A stretch of 63,930 bases of DNA, counting the filler, from Hyphochytrium catenoides (taxonomy: Eukaryota > Protista > Hyphochytriomycota), in NCBI GenBank assembly GCA_900088475.1. It is 12 parts of 12 records of this genome, joined end to end, with 100 filler letters (N's around TTAATTAATTAA, not from the genome) between each part and the next. Parts side by side here need not be neighbours in the genome. Positions count along the whole stretch, not along the records: positions 60,001 to 62,635 come from FLMG01002995.1; positions 62,736 to 63,930 come from FLMG01004564.1; 10 more parts are not named here. One strand, given 5' to 3'. The position numbers and the translations under genes were made by a program. This document shows, one piece after another, positions 61,022-63,930 of this stretch. The notes under the pieces were generated by a model that searched no databases, was not told the origin of the DNA, and was given only the letters and a program-made list of their open reading frames with translations. Positions within the stretch are counted from its first letter, which is position 1. Each line of letters begins with the position of its first letter.

Positions 61022-62736
61022 TACCCTGCCCACAAGAACTACTTGCTTCGATTTCTGACTGCAAATGGCCTGTTCCTTCTTCCTCCTCCTTCCACCTGTT
61101 TAACAGGGAAACCATGCAGGAAGATAATAGTGGCAACATTCCGACTTTCAGCTCCTCCTAATACAAACAGCTCTACTCTAGCTTGTAACCTCTCAATGTA
61201 CGACCCTTGATGCAGATAGGAGGGGGTACATCCCATGGGAGAATCCCGTATTATTCCCGGGTGCCGTCGCCCAATTTTTTGTTGTACGCGTAGTTAAAAG
61301 TCAATTTGCCCGCACACAGAAAATGTTGCGTTGTGCGCGTATTGTGCACGGGAGCCGTCACAAAGACTTAGAAAAATCATACGAGTACAATTTGTGACGG
61401 GCAGGGTACTTCACACTTAAGTAGTAATAGCTCCCGCGTCGGTAAAATCTAAGATATTAAGGCTGAGGAAGAGTCCACAAATAGTAGTAATGGGCGTAGC
61501 TACCAGATCCGCCCTCTTCTTGCAAAACAGCTGGAATCTGCTTCATTGAAAAGGGATCTTCTCGACAACAATCTCCTCCTCCTCGATCGAGCAGCACGGA
61601 CGCCACAAGCACCAACAAAACAGCGACAACCTGCTATTATTGTTCGGCTGCAGCAGCTAGCAGCAGCGAGCAGCATCCCAATCACCACTGGGATCTTCTC
61701 AAGTGACGACGTAGGTGCTCGCTGCTGTTCAATAAGAACAAATGGACGAGGACACCAACAACAACATTATTGTTGATAAAACTTCAAACAAGCGTCCAAC
61801 ACAACAAGACTAAGCCACCACGACAGAGGAGGAACGGATTCTTTCCTTGGCAGCGGCAGCGCTAGTGATGGAGATCGAATCGATGTTGCTCCTGCTGCTG
61901 CTGTTGCGCCGCAGTCCTTGTCATCGGTAGTAGCAGCAACAGGATGGCCTGAGGAAATAAAGGATGACCCTGACATTCTACATTTTTTGGCTGAGGACGG
62001 CAGCTACATCGACTGCAAAAGATGCAAGGATTATAAGCATCGCGGAATACCAAGCGCTTTGGGGCAGTTCTGGATGTAAAGAAGCAGCAGGAGGGCCTCA
62101 GGACTCCAAGTCAGTTCTTTGAGCAGCTGCGCCTCTTCCTCGAGGAAATGGCGAAGAAGGAGGACGCCGGAGCTACCGACGGGCTTACGAAGTTTGAGAG
62201 TCTAGCATCACGGTGGTTGAGCAGCAAGAAAAGCAGCGGTATACGGGTGGTGGAGTCGATTGCAAGAGGCGATGTCTTCATATATGACGGCGTTCATTAT
62301 GCAGTCTGTTCTATATTCCAGAAGTCCTACAACAAGTGGCGACTAGAGCCGTTTGGGACCAGGGACACGAATACGATTGTATTCGTTGTTCAGGTAAAGG
62401 CAGTAAGCACCTTGGAGATGGTGGATGGCCTTCACACCCGTAGGACTAGCTTTGAGCCTGTTGCGGTCTCCGAATATGGAGCAACCGCTGCTGACGAAGT
62501 CTACCTCAAGCTGTATGGCTTCACAATCCAAGCAATTGCTGGTAGGAGGCCAACTATGTACAGCAATAGTGCTAGAGATCTTGTCCAGACTTCTTCTGAG
62601 GAAACTGCTATTGTCCTTCCTCGATCAAGTCCCAANNNNNNNNNNNNNNNNNNNNNNNNNNNNNNNNNNNNNNNNNNNNTTAATTAATTAANNNNNNNNN
62701 NNNNNNNNNNNNNNNNNNNNNNNNNNNNNNNNNNNA

Positions 62737-62770
<34 letters not shown>

Positions 62771-62824
62771 GCGGACGAACAAATCGGAAAAAAATTTTGC
62801 ACCGCCTGACGCAAAAACCTAAAC

Positions 62825-62939
62825 AAGAAAGCTTCGCCCTTCGGGCTCGCCAACGAAGATTTATTCAAGACCTCCTGAAGCGTTATGGCATGGAAGGTTG
62901 TAACCCAATCAGCACGCCTGTTACGCCTGGTGAAAGGCT
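62825..62939 (+). mobile_element. Ty1/copia reverse transcriptase fragment
   Basis: RQRRFIQDLLKRYGMEGCNPISTP matches the copia RT motif Q..YI..LL.RF.M..C.P..TP. Confidence 0.8.
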
Positions 62940-63930
62940 NNNNNNNNNNNNNNNNNNNNNNNNNNNNNNNNNNNNNNNNNNNNNNNNNNNNNNNNNNNNN
63001 NNNNNNNNNNNNNNNNNNNNNNNNNNNNNNNNTCTTGTCAGGTAGAGTCTGGAACTGTGAGCCTTTTAGAGCTCTTGTCAGCTTCTGCTCTCAACAGAGG
63101 GCAGGGGTGGGCCTCCACGCGCAAAGCTACCAAATGTAAGGAAGGGACTCTGTTTTAGGTGGACAATCTATTAAGGGCGAAGGGCTAAAATTCATTTCTA
63201 GGGAAAAGTCTCGAAAATGCAGTGATCTCACTCATCCTCCAGAAGTGAAAAAACTAGGCGCTTGCGGCTATATGAACGTGTCTCAGTCCACCTCCTGGAC
63301 CAGAACACCTCAAAAAACGCGGGAAAAAGTCATGGAAATGAGTAGAGAGGAAAAAAAGTCGTGCCGGCGGCTGTCAGAGCTCGACTCAAAGATGCTGCTT
63401 GCAAGCTATCTGTCATTCTCCAGAAGCAGTAGGGTCTTATTTGTCTCTTCTTATCACGGGAAAGAAGAGAAGAGACGACAAAGATGGTAAAGAAGAAGAA
63501 GACTGCCCCTACTAAACCGATTCGGCCAGCTGTCTTGGCGAAGCAGAAGGCCAACTTGGATCACATGAATACAAAGACGAAGGAGTGCTTAAGCGCAGTT
63601 GAGGCGAGGCCGCATTGGCTAAAAGAGCCTATTTTTGACTTCCTATCAGCTTTTCTTCTGCGGGTGAACTATCAACTGAAGCCCAGATAGCACACTTTAA
63701 ATCACGAACTGATGTTCTTCTGCAGCAACAAGGTCTCCCCACCTTCCAGAAGAAGGACAAGGAAAGAGTAAAGCAACCATCCTCCCTGACACCCGCTGGT
63801 AGTCATAGCGCATCGGCCTGCCTGGGTACTGTGAGGGAGGCTCCTTTGCCCGCAGCAACAGACGTCATGACACCCAAAGGAAAAAAAAACAGTTCAATGT
63901 TGCACCATAAGACACCGCCATTGACCAAGA

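Overview
This is eukaryotic DNA, most likely from a stramenopile protist. It is not one locus: 12 contigs are joined by an artificial 100-bp spacer (N44-TTAATTAATTAA-N44). Contigs: 1-2613, 2714-8832, 8933-15917, 16018-24598, 24699-50309, 50410-52646, 52747-54470, 54571-56380, 56481-58547, 58648-59900, 60001-62635, 62736-63930. Genes have GT-AG introns, and many introns and intergenic regions are full of (AG/CT)n microsatellite, which generates most of the spurious LSLS/ERER ORFs. Genes reconstructed by hand-splicing: partial HEATR1/UTP10; an 11-exon secreted Sig1/mastigoneme-type EGF protein fused to at least 20 copies of a 34-aa virus-fibre-like repeat; partial ERMP1; a 3R-Myb; a HECT E3 of at least 4810 aa (2x MIB/HERC2, ZZ, NZF, and a ZZ apparently nested in a ClpS-like segment); an ARG1-like DnaJ; a DUF4202 protein; a glyoxalase II/PNKD-like gene; and a bacterial-type alpha/beta hydrolase. 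There are also Ty1/copia and Ty3/gypsy remnants, a WRN-type exonuclease ORF and a MITE. The most novel-looking items are the mastigoneme/fibre fusion, the candidate N-degron-reading HECT ligase, and introns with complementary GA/CU ends. All family assignments come from recognising motifs by eye; no database search was run.
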